Origin: Rhizophagus irregularis
Lineage: Eukaryota
Direction: 5' to 3'
Length of the DNA stretch: 64,000 nucleotides
NCBI RefSeq assembly: GCF_026210795.1
Contig: NC_089436.1
Coordinates: 744,001-808,000, forward strand
Shown here: piece by piece, positions 1 to 13,089 of the stretch
Numbering within the stretch: position 1 is the stretch's first letter
Layout of the letters: every line of letters starts with the position of its first letter
Program-made: the position numbers and the translations under genes
Notes under the pieces: model-generated
What the model saw: the letters and a program-made list of their open reading frames with translations, nothing else
Told to the model about the DNA's origin: nothing
The model's database searches: none

Positions 1-100
1 TATTGTAATTTCATTACACCGTCACGTCTAATTCATTTTATAATTTTATTACACCGTCACGTCTAATTCTTTTTATAATTTCGTTATACCGTCACGTCTT
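1..100. repeat. 35-bp tandem repeat (~3 copies, core ACACCGTCACGTCTAATT)
   Basis: Core recurs at 16, 51 and 86. Confidence 0.8.
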
Positions 101-399
101 TTTTTATCACATGTTATTTATTACAATTAAGGGGTAAATTTTCGTGTTGTATTTATTTATAAAATTAAGGATCTAATTTATAATATAAATTTTACCTTAT
201 TATATACTGAAACCTATACAAATTATTAATTAATTTTACCTTATAAACCGGAAACCTATTTTAACTTTACCTTACATACCCGGAGACCTTTATTTGTTAT
301 ATATATAATTTTACCCTTAACTATTAAGAGACCTAAAATTTAATTTTACTATAAATTTTACCACAGATTTTTGGACACCTATATTAGAAGTAAGCGGGG

Positions 400-1160
400 T
401 CCTGATGTAACAGACGTCTGGATGTTTATAATCTCCATCTTGAACAATATTATCGGCAGTTGGTGATTTTAGTAGGTGGGAATTAAGGAAAGGGTTTTCA
501 TCTTCAACTTTATTTGAAGTCGTCAAAATCTTTTGAATCTTATTTATAGCATCACAAATACTATGATGTATTACGGTTTTAGCTACCTTCTTCAATCCTT
601 TCTTATCCAACTGGAAGACAATCGTGAGCATAATGAATTGAAAAAGTGCATAAAGGTATTTAACATAATTACCCACCGTTGCAATTGAGTGCAAGCATCT
701 TTCAACTGGTGGCTCTAACACTTTCCAGTCCGATGGAAGGTTAGATAGTAAACTCTCGCTTAAGTTTAAAAACTCTCATTCCGCAATAATGTCAGTTAAT
801 TTCGGTCACATGTGTCTATTATACGCCACCAAATGGCACTAACTATAGAAAGATATCAGAATCATTCATATATTTTGATTATGGTAAACAATCATATAAT
901 TGTGAACTTACATTTCTGCCATCTGGGAAAGTGATTCGAAGTCAGTTGTGTCAGTTATGATGACAAGATCTTCACGAAGTTGATGAATCCGTTAGGAATT
1001 AGCTCTTTAAATTCCCAGCTTTTCTCAAGATTATGCTCTTTCTATCAGTGTATTCGACAAAAAGGCCAAATATATATATATATCAATGCAAAATATAAGA
1101 AGAAAAATAGAAAAATTATATAACTTACTACTTGTTCGTCATTAATGATATTGTTTCCAT
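400..1160 (-). pseudogene. Degraded gene fragment of unknown function; paralog of 24440-25110
   Basis: Peptides LPSDWKVLEPPVE, IVFQLDKK and VAKTVIHHS recur, with nucleotide similarity, at 24440-25110 in the same orientation; both copies are disrupted. Confidence 0.55.
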
Positions 1161-2734
1161 TAACATCTTCATTGTCTTCAGAAGTAGCATTCGACTTCTC
1201 AATTTCTGTAGGATCTGACTCATTGATTTCTGGAAATTTTCTTTTCTCTGATACAGAAGATCTAGTGTCTATAATTCCAGTATTGGCAGTCCCAGTATTG
1301 CTATTGACAGTCCCAATCCTCGTGAACGTTGGATAGTTTAAGTGAATTGATGGTTAGCCGATTTTGAATGATCCAGTACGATTGTTTTCCCAATTTTAGA
1401 CACGAATACGAACTGGTTGAGAACCCTAATGTAAATTTGATGAATTAGTAATATTCTTAAACAATACATCTTGGATTTCTATCTAATTTTCTATCTCACC
1501 AAGTAACATCAGAAAAACTTGAAGATTGTATGTCTGTGCTCTGGTGAGGTCAGTGTCAGGTCAACTCGAAGACTTGAATATCAAGCGAGCTTGAAGTTCG
1601 CCTGTGCCCAACACTAACTTTGTGGTTCAACTCGAAGACTTGAATGATAGAGAATTTGAAGATCTCCACCATACCACTTATTCTCTACATTCTTAATAAA
1701 CTCAAATTATAAATGTAATACTCAAATAATTTCTGTGCTTTTTTTCTCTTGAAACCTTTCCTTGATACAATGATCTCCTCAAGAGACAAAAGGTAGCACT
1801 CTATCAATTGCTGCTTCGTTTCCAGATGGCATTCGTTTAGAAATCCGATGATATCCCACTCTTCCGATTTTCGCTTAAAAAAATATTCATATATCTGTTT
1901 TTAGACGAATAAAAAGAAAGGGAAAAGTTATGTTGAAAAAAGCTCGTACCTTATGCGTAGACATAATTGTGTAGGTTAAAAAGAAAAAATTTTTCCATTA
2001 AATCGCATATTGTGTATTAAATAGATCTAATCACATGGTTATGGTATGTAACCATTTACACGATTACAATCAAAAAAAAACCCTATTAGGGTAAGCATGA
2101 TGATGGAAGGAATATTACATGGGCTGACAATCAAATTTAACAAAATGCTAACGCTCTGGACAATTAGTATACTTAGCGGTATACGTAGTATACAAAAACT
2201 ATACTGAAAAAAACAGTCTGCTTTATGGATTTCAATGCTTGATACTTTAACTTTCGCAATACATTTAATTAATACAAACATCCGATGAATATTTGAAAAA
2301 ATAAAATAAGATCATCCTAAGTTAGATAGTAAAATTGCATGGAGTCATAAACATAATGTAATTTGCTTTCGTCTGTTTTACTTATTGGTAGAATTCCTGT
2401 ATGTTTCCAACAATTAACAATAGTTTGTTGACTTACAGAATTCCAAGTATTTTATGCTGAAATCAATAGAATCATAAATATTTATATCATAGGAACAAGC
2501 TCTTTGTTAAGTTCTTGTAATCCTATTTATTTCTAGTACTGTGTTTGGATCATTGAAATTTACCATAAATCAAATTTTGATTTTGTAAAAAAAATCATTG
2601 CAAATTAATAATAAACATACTAACTTCAAAAGAATTAATGATTCCTGCATCATAAAGCTATAGATGAAATATGGTATTTGATGGCAAAAATTTATTTCTT
2701 CATTTATAGTATATACGAGGGCGGGCAATATTAA

Positions 2735-4470
2735 CATATCCAATATTTTAAGATAATCATTCCATATAGAAACTTGCACCCATGCAGTTGAATTTCAGCA
2801 ATAGCTTACTGGTAATTCTTCTTCTTTTTCCCATTTAATGCTTATGATTTTTGTATTTATGAATAAGCAATGGCTTTAATTTTTAGTACGAGTAGCATTG
2901 CATATAAAAAGTATTTTTTTAGATTTCTTTGTTCCAGAAAGAGGTCCTTGTGCTAATGTTTCTGATGGTTAGGTCCCAATATAATCCCAAAATTAACAAA
3001 ATTATAAATATAAAATTTATCACAATTAAAAATATCATTTAAGTTATAATCTTTAATCAGTTCACGCAAAATACCAATTTCTTCATCTAAAGTTTCCAAT
3101 GGCGCGCTTTTTGCGCAGTAGTATGATATCGGAAAAATTCTTGCCGAATGGGGTGTTGGCCCTTTTCATTAAAAATATTTTTTCACAATTAAAATAAAAA
3201 TAAGTTTACTCCTTAAATAGATAAACAATTAGAGAACAGTTAACTCCATTTGAGTTTATATAAATAAATAAATCATGCATATACAAATTTACAAATTTTA
3301 CTAACTTAATTTCACATCATGTGACTTTTTAATTGTATTTATTATAGTTGTTTCCGAAATTCAATTGGCAAATCCGAAATCCGAAATTACGAAATCGTAA
3401 TTAATTATGTAATTACGTAATTAATTACGTATTCCGAAATTCCAAAATTTGCATAATAGTGCGAAATTGCGAATATCTCAGGATCTAGTGATCAGATTTC
3501 GATGATCTTACTACCATTCGATTCGTCGCATCGAGACGAATCTAATGATATGTGTTTCATTTCTATAGCACCGATATTGATGGAGTAAAATTACTATAAA
3601 CATTTAATGAATTTTGGTGTCGGATCACGATCTAGTGATTAGATTTGAATAAATTTACCACCATTCGATTCGTCATGACGAGACGATTCTAATGGCGGTA
3701 AGATCATCTTTCTAGCATTGAAATTGGCGGAGCTATTACGCTATAAATATTTAAAAGTTATTGGTATCGGAGCGCGATCTAGTGATTGGATTTAATTGAT
3801 CTTACTACCATTAGAATCGTCTTATCGACACGAATCAAATGGTAGTAAGATCATCCAAAACGGATCACTGGGTGCCGAGTTATTATTTGTTAAAGTTTTT
3901 ATATATAAATCGGCCAAAATTAAGGCTAATTCTGGCCAAATATTTTCGTAATACGAAATTAATTACGGAGTCCGAAATTAATTACGGAATACGGAGTTTT
4001 TCTAATGAATTACTTAATAATTACAGAATTACGTAATTACATATTTCCGTAATACTAAAATAATTTCGGATACAAGTATAGTATTTATACATAATAAATC
4101 ATCTTAACTCATCAATTCTATTAATTTTATTCATCTCTCAAACTCTACTCTTATAAATTCTATTCATTTCTCAACTCTCCAACTATTAACAGCAACTAAA
4201 ATAGCTGTTAACATCGCCACCCAACTTAAATTCGACGAAGAAGAAACAGAAGCATATCATGGGATGTCCTCACAACAAAGAAGAAGATTTAACGTCTTTC
4301 AAGACAATAATTCAAAAATTGCATATGTTCAAGCACTCGCGGACAGAAAAAAACTTGGCGAGAAAAATTGGTATGTTTAGCTAAAAGAAGCGTATTTTGT
4401 TAGAATATTATACTAAAACTATTTTAACATCTTCATCATTTCTTCACGTACCTTTTTTGTTAGGACGTTG
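2735..4470. repeat. Left arm of a ~1-kb inverted duplication (partner 6450-8035), interrupted by a MITE
   Basis: For example 3090-3240 is the reverse complement of 7030-7185, and 4372-4470 matches 6450-6555. Confidence 0.8.
3345..4078. mobile_element. MITE-like insertion with short imperfect TIRs and three internal ~140-bp subrepeats
   Basis: Ends TAGTTGTTTCCGAAAT and ATTTCGGATACAAGTA; absent from the partner arm of the duplication; internal GATCTAGTGAT...ACCATTCGATTCGTC...GACGAATC units. Confidence 0.65.
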
Positions 4471-5392
4471 GCTGCCCTATCAATCTGTACTTAATGTAAA
4501 TTCATAATTTTATTATTTAAACAATAATACATAAATATGATTCTAATACTAATAGTTTATATATTATTTTATTTTAAAATATAAATGTCAAATAATTAAA
4601 ATTTTAGTTTTGCAATATATATTTTCTTTATCAGCTTTATATTTAGTATTTTCAAACAATAACTACAAATTTTAAGAATATCTTCATTTGATTTTACTAT
4701 AGAAGATAAAATATTTTGATTATTATCTTCTACTAATGATTTATAACATGTCTTTTTGCCTTATGATATTCTAAATTAAATATCTGAAGATTATTCAAAA
4801 CTGTTGGTTATTATTGCAAATTTCAATATTAAATATTAATAAATAATTTCTATAATTGTAATAAATTAAACTGATTAACTTCTTCAAACCTGTATTATTA
4901 ATATACTTTATAATAAATTGCATCAAAATTTCAATTAATTCTACAGTAGCATCTTTTGCTAGAATCATTGGTAATGTGTAATGTTTTGGAAGTCAGGATC
5001 TACGTAAAATCCTTATTTTCCATAAAGATTTACGTGGATCCCTTCCCCCCTTAAAAAGTTTAAAGAATCCTTAGGGATATTTATTTAATTTTTATTAATA
5101 GGTTATTTATCAATTTTTATTAAAATCTATTTATTAATTTATATATTTAATGTGTATTTATTTATCTCTAATATTATTGTATATATTATGTATTTTTCCA
5201 GTTAATAAAAATAAAATAACAATTTAAATATAAAATACAAAGACAACTAACAAATAAAGTTAAAAAAAACATGATATCTCAAAAAAAAAATTCTTTTTAT
5301 TGCAACCTAATACAGAGAATTTTAATAACAGAGAAAAAAAATTTTTTATTTCGTAAATATATAAAATTTTTTTTTTTTTTTTAATGATCTAT

Positions 5393-5820
5393 TGGCGGTG
5401 TCACCTATAAACCACACTAATATTAAGTGACTTCAAATTTTTATAAATTGTAAATTGAATAGTAAAAAGAAAAAACCAAACTGATAAAATGATATAGCAA
5501 CATGTACTGAACATTTCTATTGGATTATTTTATAGAATTTAATAAGAATTTTAATTAATATTATGGGTTAAAGTTGGATAATTTTAATAAGTAGCAATAA
5601 TAAAAATATAAAATTTCGGACTAGTTTTCATGTAATTTTTATGGATTTTACAAAAATTCCATGGAAATCCACAAGAATTCCATGTAATATGGCAAAAAAA
5701 AATTTTGCCGCTCACGCGGCAATTAATATTTTAACAAAGTACTTTAAAACATAAGTTACACAATATAAATAAATAAATTTCAAAATTTCGGACTATTGTT
5801 GTTTATAGGTGACAGCCACC
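5393..5820. mobile_element. MITE-like element
   Basis: Inverted termini TGGCGGTGTCACCTATAAAC and GTTTATAGGTGACAGCCACC. Confidence 0.55.
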
Positions 5821-6449
5821 ATATATATACTTTATTGATATTAAGTTTATATACCATATAAACAAATTATCATGAGCTATATCCACCCAATAGGATGCGA
5901 TCATCAAAGTAAATATATAAAATTGTTCTGTATTGTTTACAGTATTATTCAATAAAAATATAATTAAACTATTTAAAACTTAAAAAATTTATTTTATTTC
6001 TATTGTCTTTTTACTACAAAGTGAAATGTTTTATATTTTTAAAGTTAAAATGTTGCACAAGATCAACTAATCAAAATTTAGACGTGATGAAAATAGAAAC
6101 GTAGCTATTATTAATAATTGAATCATTTGAACCATTGAAATAAAACTTTTCCAAGAGATATAGAGGCTTTAGTGAAAAAAACACAGATCATTGCTGGTAA
6201 AAAATTGATAAATATCGGTAAAAGTTTGGATAGTAATATCCCTATGATTATTAAAAACATATAAAAATAATATAATAATAATCAATATTGCCCCATCGTA
6301 ATTTATTTAAGAACGTGAAAATCTCAGTGATAAAAATCAGCGAATTCAACACTAATGAAAAATATTTTAGTTTTTCTTCGTCATTTTTATATTCAGTTGA
6401 AGCAAGAATAATAAGTACAAATAGGACAGTCACAGCAAACTAGTTTCTG

Positions 6450-8035
6450 ACTAATGTTCTAACGAAAAAGGTATGTTAAGAAATGTCGAAGGCGATAAAA
6501 TAGTTTTAGTAAATATTCTAATAAACTAAATATGTTTCTTTTAGTTAACATACCGATTTTTCTCACCAAGATTTTTCTTTATCAACGAGTGCTTGAACAT
6601 ATGAAATTTTTGAATTATCGTCTGAAAGGGCGTTAAATCATCTTCTTTCTTGTGCTACAAATTTTAACTATTTGTCAACTGTTTTTCATATAATTTTTCT
6701 TGTTTTTCTGTTTGCCATATTTGATACTTCAAAAGATAAAATAATAATAGCATCTTTTTAGCGATGGCCATTACATGAAATGCTTTTGTTCCTTCTTCAT
6801 CAAAATTAAGTCGAATGGCGATATTAACAGCCATTTTAGTTGATGTTAATAGTTAGAGAGTTGAGAGATGAATAGAATTTTTAAGAGTTGAGAGACGAAT
6901 AAAATTTGAGACAAGATGATGTATTTATGTATAAATATAATCAGAGAGTCACATGATGTGAACAAAGTTAGTAAAATTTGTATTTTTATGATTTATTTAT
7001 GTTTATTTATGTAAACTCAAATGGAGTTTTTTGTTCTCTAATTGTTTATCTATTTAAGGAGTAAACTTATTTTTATTTTAATTGTGAAAAAATATTTTTA
7101 ATGAAAAGGGCCAACGCTCTATTCGGCAAGAATTTTTCTGATATTATACTACTGCGCAAAAAGCGCGCTATTGGAAACTTTAGATTGAAGAAAGAGATAT
7201 TTTGCATGAACTGATCAAAGATTATGACTTAAATGACATTTTTATACAGGTCGAAAAGTGAAAAATCAGGCACCAATCAGTCACCAATCAGGTAGCTGAT
7301 TGGTGACTGATTGGTAACTGATTGGTGACTGATTGGCATTTTCGCCAAATACCGTTACCAATCAGGCAGTTTGCTAACTTTTGATCCAGTGATCAGAAAA
7401 GGATGAAATATAGCTCATTGGAATCGTCTCAACATGATGAATCTAATGGTAGTAAAATCGCATTTCTAGGATTAATACTTGATGAGAAATTAAGTAAAAT
7501 ATAAAAATAAAAATGTATCATTTATATTTTATTTAATTTTTTATTAACTATTAATCCTAGAGATGCGATTTTACTACCATTAGATTCGTCTTGTTGAGAC
7601 GATTCCAATGAGCTATATTTCATTTTTTTCTGATCACTGGATCAAAAGTTAGCAAACTGCCTGATTGGTGACGGTATTTAGTGAAAATGCCAATCAGTCA
7701 CCAATCGGTCACCAATCAGGTACCTGATTGGTGACTGATTGATGCCTGATTTTCACTTTTTGACCTGTGATTAATTGTGATAAATTTTACTTTTTTCTAT
7801 ATTTATAATTTTGTTTATTTTAAAGATTATATTAGAATCTAACCATCAGAAACATTACTTCTTTCTGGAATAAAGAAATCTAAAAAAGCAGGTTACTCTA
7901 CTTTTTATATGCAATACTACTCGTACAGAAAATTAAAGCCATTATTTATTCATAAATATAAGAATCATGAATTAGCAGTAATTTATTGCTGAAATTTAAC
8001 TGCATGGATGATTATCTTAAAAAATTGGATATGCA
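6450..8035. repeat. Right arm of the inverted duplication (partner 2735-4470), interrupted by a foldback MITE
   Basis: Reverse-complement similarity to 2735-3340 and 4080-4470. Confidence 0.8.
7247..7767. mobile_element. Foldback MITE (~520 bp, almost fully palindromic), Tc1/mariner-like CAG termini
   Basis: CAGGTCGAAAAGTGAAAA...TTTTCACTTTTTGACCTG; arms of ~250 bp with CACCAATCAG subrepeats; TA on the left flank; absent from the partner arm. Confidence 0.8.
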
Positions 8036-8263
8036 AGTGCAATTACAAAATCACAATATCCTTTTACTTGTTCCGATGTTAATTTGATATCATGTGTCAT
8101 TTTGACTGAATCAGAACAATTCTTTTTATAGTATTGTTGATTCATTGAAATACATACAGAAAAATCTACTTCGCAAATTTTTTAAACTAAATGTATTGTA
8201 AAATTAATGTCATAGTATAATGTATACAAACTATAATAAGATGCCCTAGTATAACATTAAAAG

Positions 8264-8561
8264 AGGACCCCAGATATCTAATATAAAGGTCATAATGGAC
8301 TTTTGGCCAAAAACACCCCTTTTTGCTGAAACTCAAAAAATCGTTTTTTGTAAATATCTCAGCATCCAGTAATTCAATTTTAATGAACTTTTTTTTATTT
8401 TGTAGCCCTCATTTAGCTCTACAATTTAAAAAAAAATTTCATCAAAATTGGACCACTGGATGCCGAGATATTTACAAAAAACGATTTTTTGAGCCCCTGA
8501 AAAATGGGCCAATCTGCCGAAAGTGTGACTTATGACCTGTTTTGGAGATATCCGGAGTCCT
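8264..8561. mobile_element. MITE with 8-bp TSD (hAT-like TSD length)
   Basis: Termini AGGACCCCAGATATCT and AGATATCCGGAGTCCT; ATTAAAAG at both 8256-8263 and 8562-8569; internal long inverted repeat. Confidence 0.75.
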
Positions 8562-8924
8562 ATTAAAAGTTACTGTAAAATATATTGTAAATTTAATTAT
8601 AAAATACAGTACGAATGCATTATCTAATGTAAAAATTAGGATGTTTCAAAGATGCCAAAGATGATTTACATCAACTGTATCCTTTATTGCAACCTTTTTC
8701 CTTTCCTTTTGTTATAATTGGATAGTCACGGATTTTTAAGCGACATAGCTACCCTAGTGACATAACTATAACAAGGTGGGAACCTGATTTGAACACTTGA
8801 TCCATTGATCGATCGGAACTGAATTTTCTGCAGATAAAGAATTTAAGCTATTAATAGTATTCAGTAAACTCCCTCTTATTACTTCCTTCCAGCCATTCCT
8901 TCGGCTCTTACTTTTTAGTAGTGC

Positions 8925-9407
8925 GTCGTCGGTCTGGATGTGTGTCTCGCTACCGCTCCACCCACCTCGGACTCACGTCCTCGCAGTACCTATATCTCGC
9001 TATCGCTCCACCTATATCGCCCCTACGGGGATCAGGAATCCCCATATATCCGCCACAATCTGGGACAACATATGGAACAAATATATATACCAAATAACTA
9101 GAAAATAATAGAAAAGGAAGGAATAACGGATATAATAAGAGGGTTGTCCCAGATGTGGCAGATGTGGCAGATGTTTCAGAAAAAATATGAGAGGACATCC
9201 CCCCAGAAAAAGTTTTATTTTTACCCCCAGATCCGCCACATCCGAACATCTGGAACAAGTCAGGATTCCGTCTAATAATCTATTGGAAGCAGTGAGACAG
9301 CAAACCAGGTAAATTAGTAGGTAAGCCCCTAGAAGGTCTATAGAGCCCAGTAAGACCAACCCCGTCCCGCCCCCGTCAGAAAAAATAAGTAATTGAACAA
9401 TGGGTAT
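8925..9407 (+). repeat. Left terminal inverted repeat
   Basis: Begins GTCGTCGGTCTGGATGTGTGTCTCGC; reverse complement of 22792-23276 with a few mismatches and indels. Confidence 0.97.
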
Positions 9408-9445
9408 TGAGAATGAGCATATCAAGATAAGTTTAGAAGACAGTA

Positions 9446-9765
9446 CTAATCCGTCTTCTTCTTTTTTGCCTCCTTAAGGCATTTATCAATACACTGTTTA
9501 CACGTGTCATCAGAATCTAAGATTTTCTGTCCAAGTTTTTTGCATTGCCGATTGTAAGCCGTCTGCTGTCTCTTAGCAGCGGTTTCTTTCTTTTCTCCTT
9601 AGTCTTCTTCTTGATCACCCAGTCTATTCCAGTAAAAGTATTCTTATGCATACCACAAATTGTGCAGTCACCATGCAGCCGGTAACGCCCATTTGTAGTC
9701 ATATCTTGTATTTTACTAGCCGTCTCAGTTTCCTTCTTGCACTTTAGGCAGTAAAAACGTGTCAT
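9446..9765 (-). CDS. Small zinc-ribbon protein (DUF5679-like), one frameshift near 9590
   Basis: FYCLKCKKETET...TTNGRYRLHGDCTICG has paired CxxC motifs; the shifted frame continues as a Lys-rich helix with CKQC to TAG at 9446. Confidence 0.6.
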
Positions 9766-9809
9766 TTTAAGATTTGAAGTCTAAAACCATTCCTTTAATT
9801 TGTTGTAAT

Positions 9810-10897
9810 ATGTCACACTTAGAGAATTACTATAAGTACTACAATCTCTCCGGAGTACCAGCACGAATTCTAAAAGGTGAAGAGCACTACAACCTATACA
9901 AAAAGCCCCTAAAGGAAAAGTCAACAGAACGCCCAAAGGTAATTGTATGGAAACCAAATGCAACACATCAGGCAGATCTTGCAGAGATGCCAGTTGACCC
10001 CAAAGGATTCCACTATTTCCTCGTAGTGGTGGAAGTTGCAGGAAAGAGAGTTGATGCAGAACCCCTAAAGGATAAGACTGCAAATAGAGTTCTAAACGGG
10101 TTTGTCAAAATCTACAGAAGAAATCGTATTAAGCCACCAACACACAGACTGGAGACAGACTCCGGATCAGAATTCACTAACGACCAGATACGTGATTTTT
10201 TCCTGAACAGCCTAGGGGTAATGATGAGGTTCGGCGAACCAGGAAGGCATAAACAGCAATCTTATGCTGAAAGAGCTATCCAAGCCATCCAAGAACCCCT
10301 TCTTAAACGAATGGTAGCACAGGAGTTGAAAACTGGGGTGACATCCGTGGAATGGTCAGAAGATTTCCATAATATAGTGAGTAAAGTAAATGAACTCTGG
10401 CAGAGAAATCCCCCAGACATTCCGACAGGGTCACCCAAAGTGTCAAAAAAGACAGACCTCCTCTCTAAAGGAACACGTGTCAAGTCAAGTTAGATGAACC
10501 TATTTCTGTCTTGGTAACAAAGCAAGGAAAATTCCGTACAGGAGGCATAAGATGGAACCCAAACATTCGTGTAATCAAAAAAATGATACTCTCACCTGAA
10601 CAGCCTCCTACATATCTCCTTAATGGACCACATGGTCGATTAGGTGTATCCAAATGTGCATATACCCGAAAGGAATTGCAAGTAGTTCCTATTAATGAAA
10701 AGCCTCCACCTGACTCTGTGATAAGAGGACAACCTGAAAGATTTGTACCTGAGCAGATACTTCGGCATCGCATTAGAAAAGGTCAAGACCAGTATTTGGT
10801 TAAGTGGGAGAGATACCCAGATACAGAAGCCACTTGGGAACCTGCTGACCAGTTGAAGGAAGATGTCCCTGACTTAATTCGCAAATTTTGGGAATAA
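9810..10897 (+). CDS. Retroviral-like DDE integrase with C-terminal chromodomain (frameshift near 10485)
   Basis: HQADLAEM, LETDSGSEF and SYAERAIQ give the D-D-E triad; FVPEQILRHR...YLVKWERYPDTEATWEP is a chromodomain; joins ORFs 9774..10493 and 10511..10897. Confidence 0.92.
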
Positions 10898-10922
10898 AAA
10901 AAAATAGAAGAATTAAAGGGTC

Positions 10923-11660
10923 TTATTTTTTGTCTCCTCTATTCACATCAGGAACTATCGGGATAAAAACATTCTTCCCATCACAGGTAAAGGCTATATG
11001 TTCACGTGATTCATGGACATCATAATTGTAACGTTTCAGACATGTCCGGCTCAATCCAATTTCCCTATGCTTGTATCCATCTAAAACTGCAAGATCCTCA
11101 GTGATAGCATAATCAGGGGTAAGTTTGATTGACCTCCCTTTACCATGCCGAATGTCCTACCTGTTCCTGGAGCACCAGATATGTTGTATGTAATACTCTT
11201 GTCGATATTCAACCCTAATTCCTCAGCAGCTTCTCTCTGAATAAAAGACGCATTAGCACAAGTGTCTGCTAAACACTGAATTGCTATTCCATTAACCTCC
11301 CCATCCAGTGCTAAAAGATCTTTAGTATTCTCCAAACGAGCTATATCAATATCCATAGGATCGTATTCCCTAATATCCTCTTCTTGTTCCTCCTCAGCTA
11401 AGTCATCTGAAATCTCTATGACTTTTCTAGCAGATATCATCTCCTCCTGAAGAATCTCACGGAGTAATTTCCTAAAGTCTGCAGACCTTAACAGGCTTAA
11501 TAAGTCATTCTTAGTAACAGCTTTTGCAGGTGTAGACTTACTACCAGTAACTTTCACAGGAATCTTAACAGGGGTTGCTTTACTTTTCAAGGGTACACTA
11601 GAAGAGCTAACTGCTGTCTTATTTGGGGACGACTTAAGAAGTTTTGAGATACTCGAACCT
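10923..11660 (-). CDS. Retropepsin-like aspartic protease in the -1 frame relative to gag (extra frameshift near 11135)
   Basis: PMDID, then GEVNGIAIQCLADTCANASFIQREAAEELGL (LxDT[G/C]A-type active site); flap ISGAPG; shifted frame gives EIGLSRTCLKRYNYDV, equivalent to the ILGxDxL motif, ending at TAA 10923. Confidence 0.8.
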
Positions 11661-13089
11661 ACTTTTTTTTTGACCCAACACGAACCATATAGACATCACC
11701 ATCTTTTTCTCTCAATTCTACCTTTTCACCAAAACTCACAGTATCAATGTCCATAGCATCATCATTAAGATCAAGATTTCTCATTGCTCGGGCTAAATCC
11801 AGATCATCACGTCTATCTTTAGCCTTCTGAAGTTGATTTGTAAGTATTTTAGACGTCCCACGTTTATATCCCATAATAAGATCAATAGCATTTTGATGAT
11901 CATCCAAAGTCCACTCAGGAGCATCAGGGTCATCACCAACATCATGATCTACATAACCATCATCCCAATCAGGATCCTGAGGATCCTGAACAACACGTCT
12001 CTGTGGTTTTGGTCGAACAGGTTTAATCTGCTGTCTATAGACTGGTGGATTACGAACTGGCCGAGCCTGTAATTGTTTAAATTGCACCTGAAAATTCTTG
12101 GTAAGTTCGTCAGCTTGAGCCTTAAGTAACTTTTGTAATTGTTCTTGAGTAACCCCAGATGACTTTGATGTCAGTACGACAGGTTCCTGTTTTCCTAACG
12201 GAGGTTGAGTTACATCACTGTAATCTGCTTGAAGTCGTCGATTTCTATCTTGTAACCCCAAGCGCATTTCAGCCCTTCTCCGTTCTAAATTTCTCAGATG
12301 TTTAACCAAGTCATCAGGATTAAGATTACTAAACCTTTCTGCTTCAAAAATATTATCAGCCGAAAGACCTCTAAAGAACTGGTCGATAATAAGATCATCA
12401 GTTAGTTTTAGTAATTTACCAGCTCTCTTTACAGTTCTATAAAATGCATCAACTGGCTCATTTTCCTGATAAAGACTGTTAAAATGGATACGTTTCTTTT
12501 CATCTAAAATAGTTGGGAATTGTGTTCTAAGCCAATAAAGCGCCTGGTTAGGTTTAATACCTGGAAAAACTATAGAACGATTATTATTAGCAGCAACACC
12601 AGCATCTGCAGTAGCTGGAGCAGCTCTATCTGTCGGACGAGCACCAGCTCTTCCCCAAGCTTTATCTCCACCTATTAAATCATGGGTAGGAATAAATGCT
12701 GCTCTAATAGTTACTAATGCATTAGCTACATCTGTAGCATGAACATCTGCTTCAGACCCATTTACATAGGTACCTGCATTTGGTCCTCCTGCACCTTCTG
12801 GTATTACTAATGCTACAAAAGCAGCTAAATTAGCTCCACCTCTTGAAGTGATACCAGAAAGTTCCCAATTTTTTCCTGTAATTTTCGATCAAACCATTCA
12901 GCCGCTTCACCAGCCATGCAGCTTAAAAAGTATACCCAGTAGCTCTTTTCAAGACTCTGGTGGCCATCCAACAGCATATGGGTTAAGATTAATAGTATCA
13001 AGATAACCCATATAAAGCCTAACAAATGTATCAATATCATCAGTAGCTTTACCCTCAAAAATCGGCAATCCTATCGCAGTGGTAGCCAT
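11659..13089 (-). CDS. Ty3/gypsy-like Gag (capsid) protein, with indels near 12880-12955
   Basis: Manual translation from ATG 13089: LPIFEGKATDDIDTFVRLY...MAGEAAEWFD...WLRTQFP...LYQENEPVDAFYRTVKRAGKLL...IIDQFFRGLS (major-homology-region-like); then in frame with ORF 11659..12309, which contains AMDID. Confidence 0.75.

Noticed and set aside
8917..8924. AGTAGT as a canonical Polinton left end
   Set aside because: The right end has no complementary ACTACT; the inverted match starts at 8925 and AGTGC is duplicated as the TSD.
8950..9425. ORFs inside the TIRs (also 22940..23251 and 23104..23319)
   Set aside because: No recognisable motifs, and indels between the two TIRs change the frames; probably non-coding.
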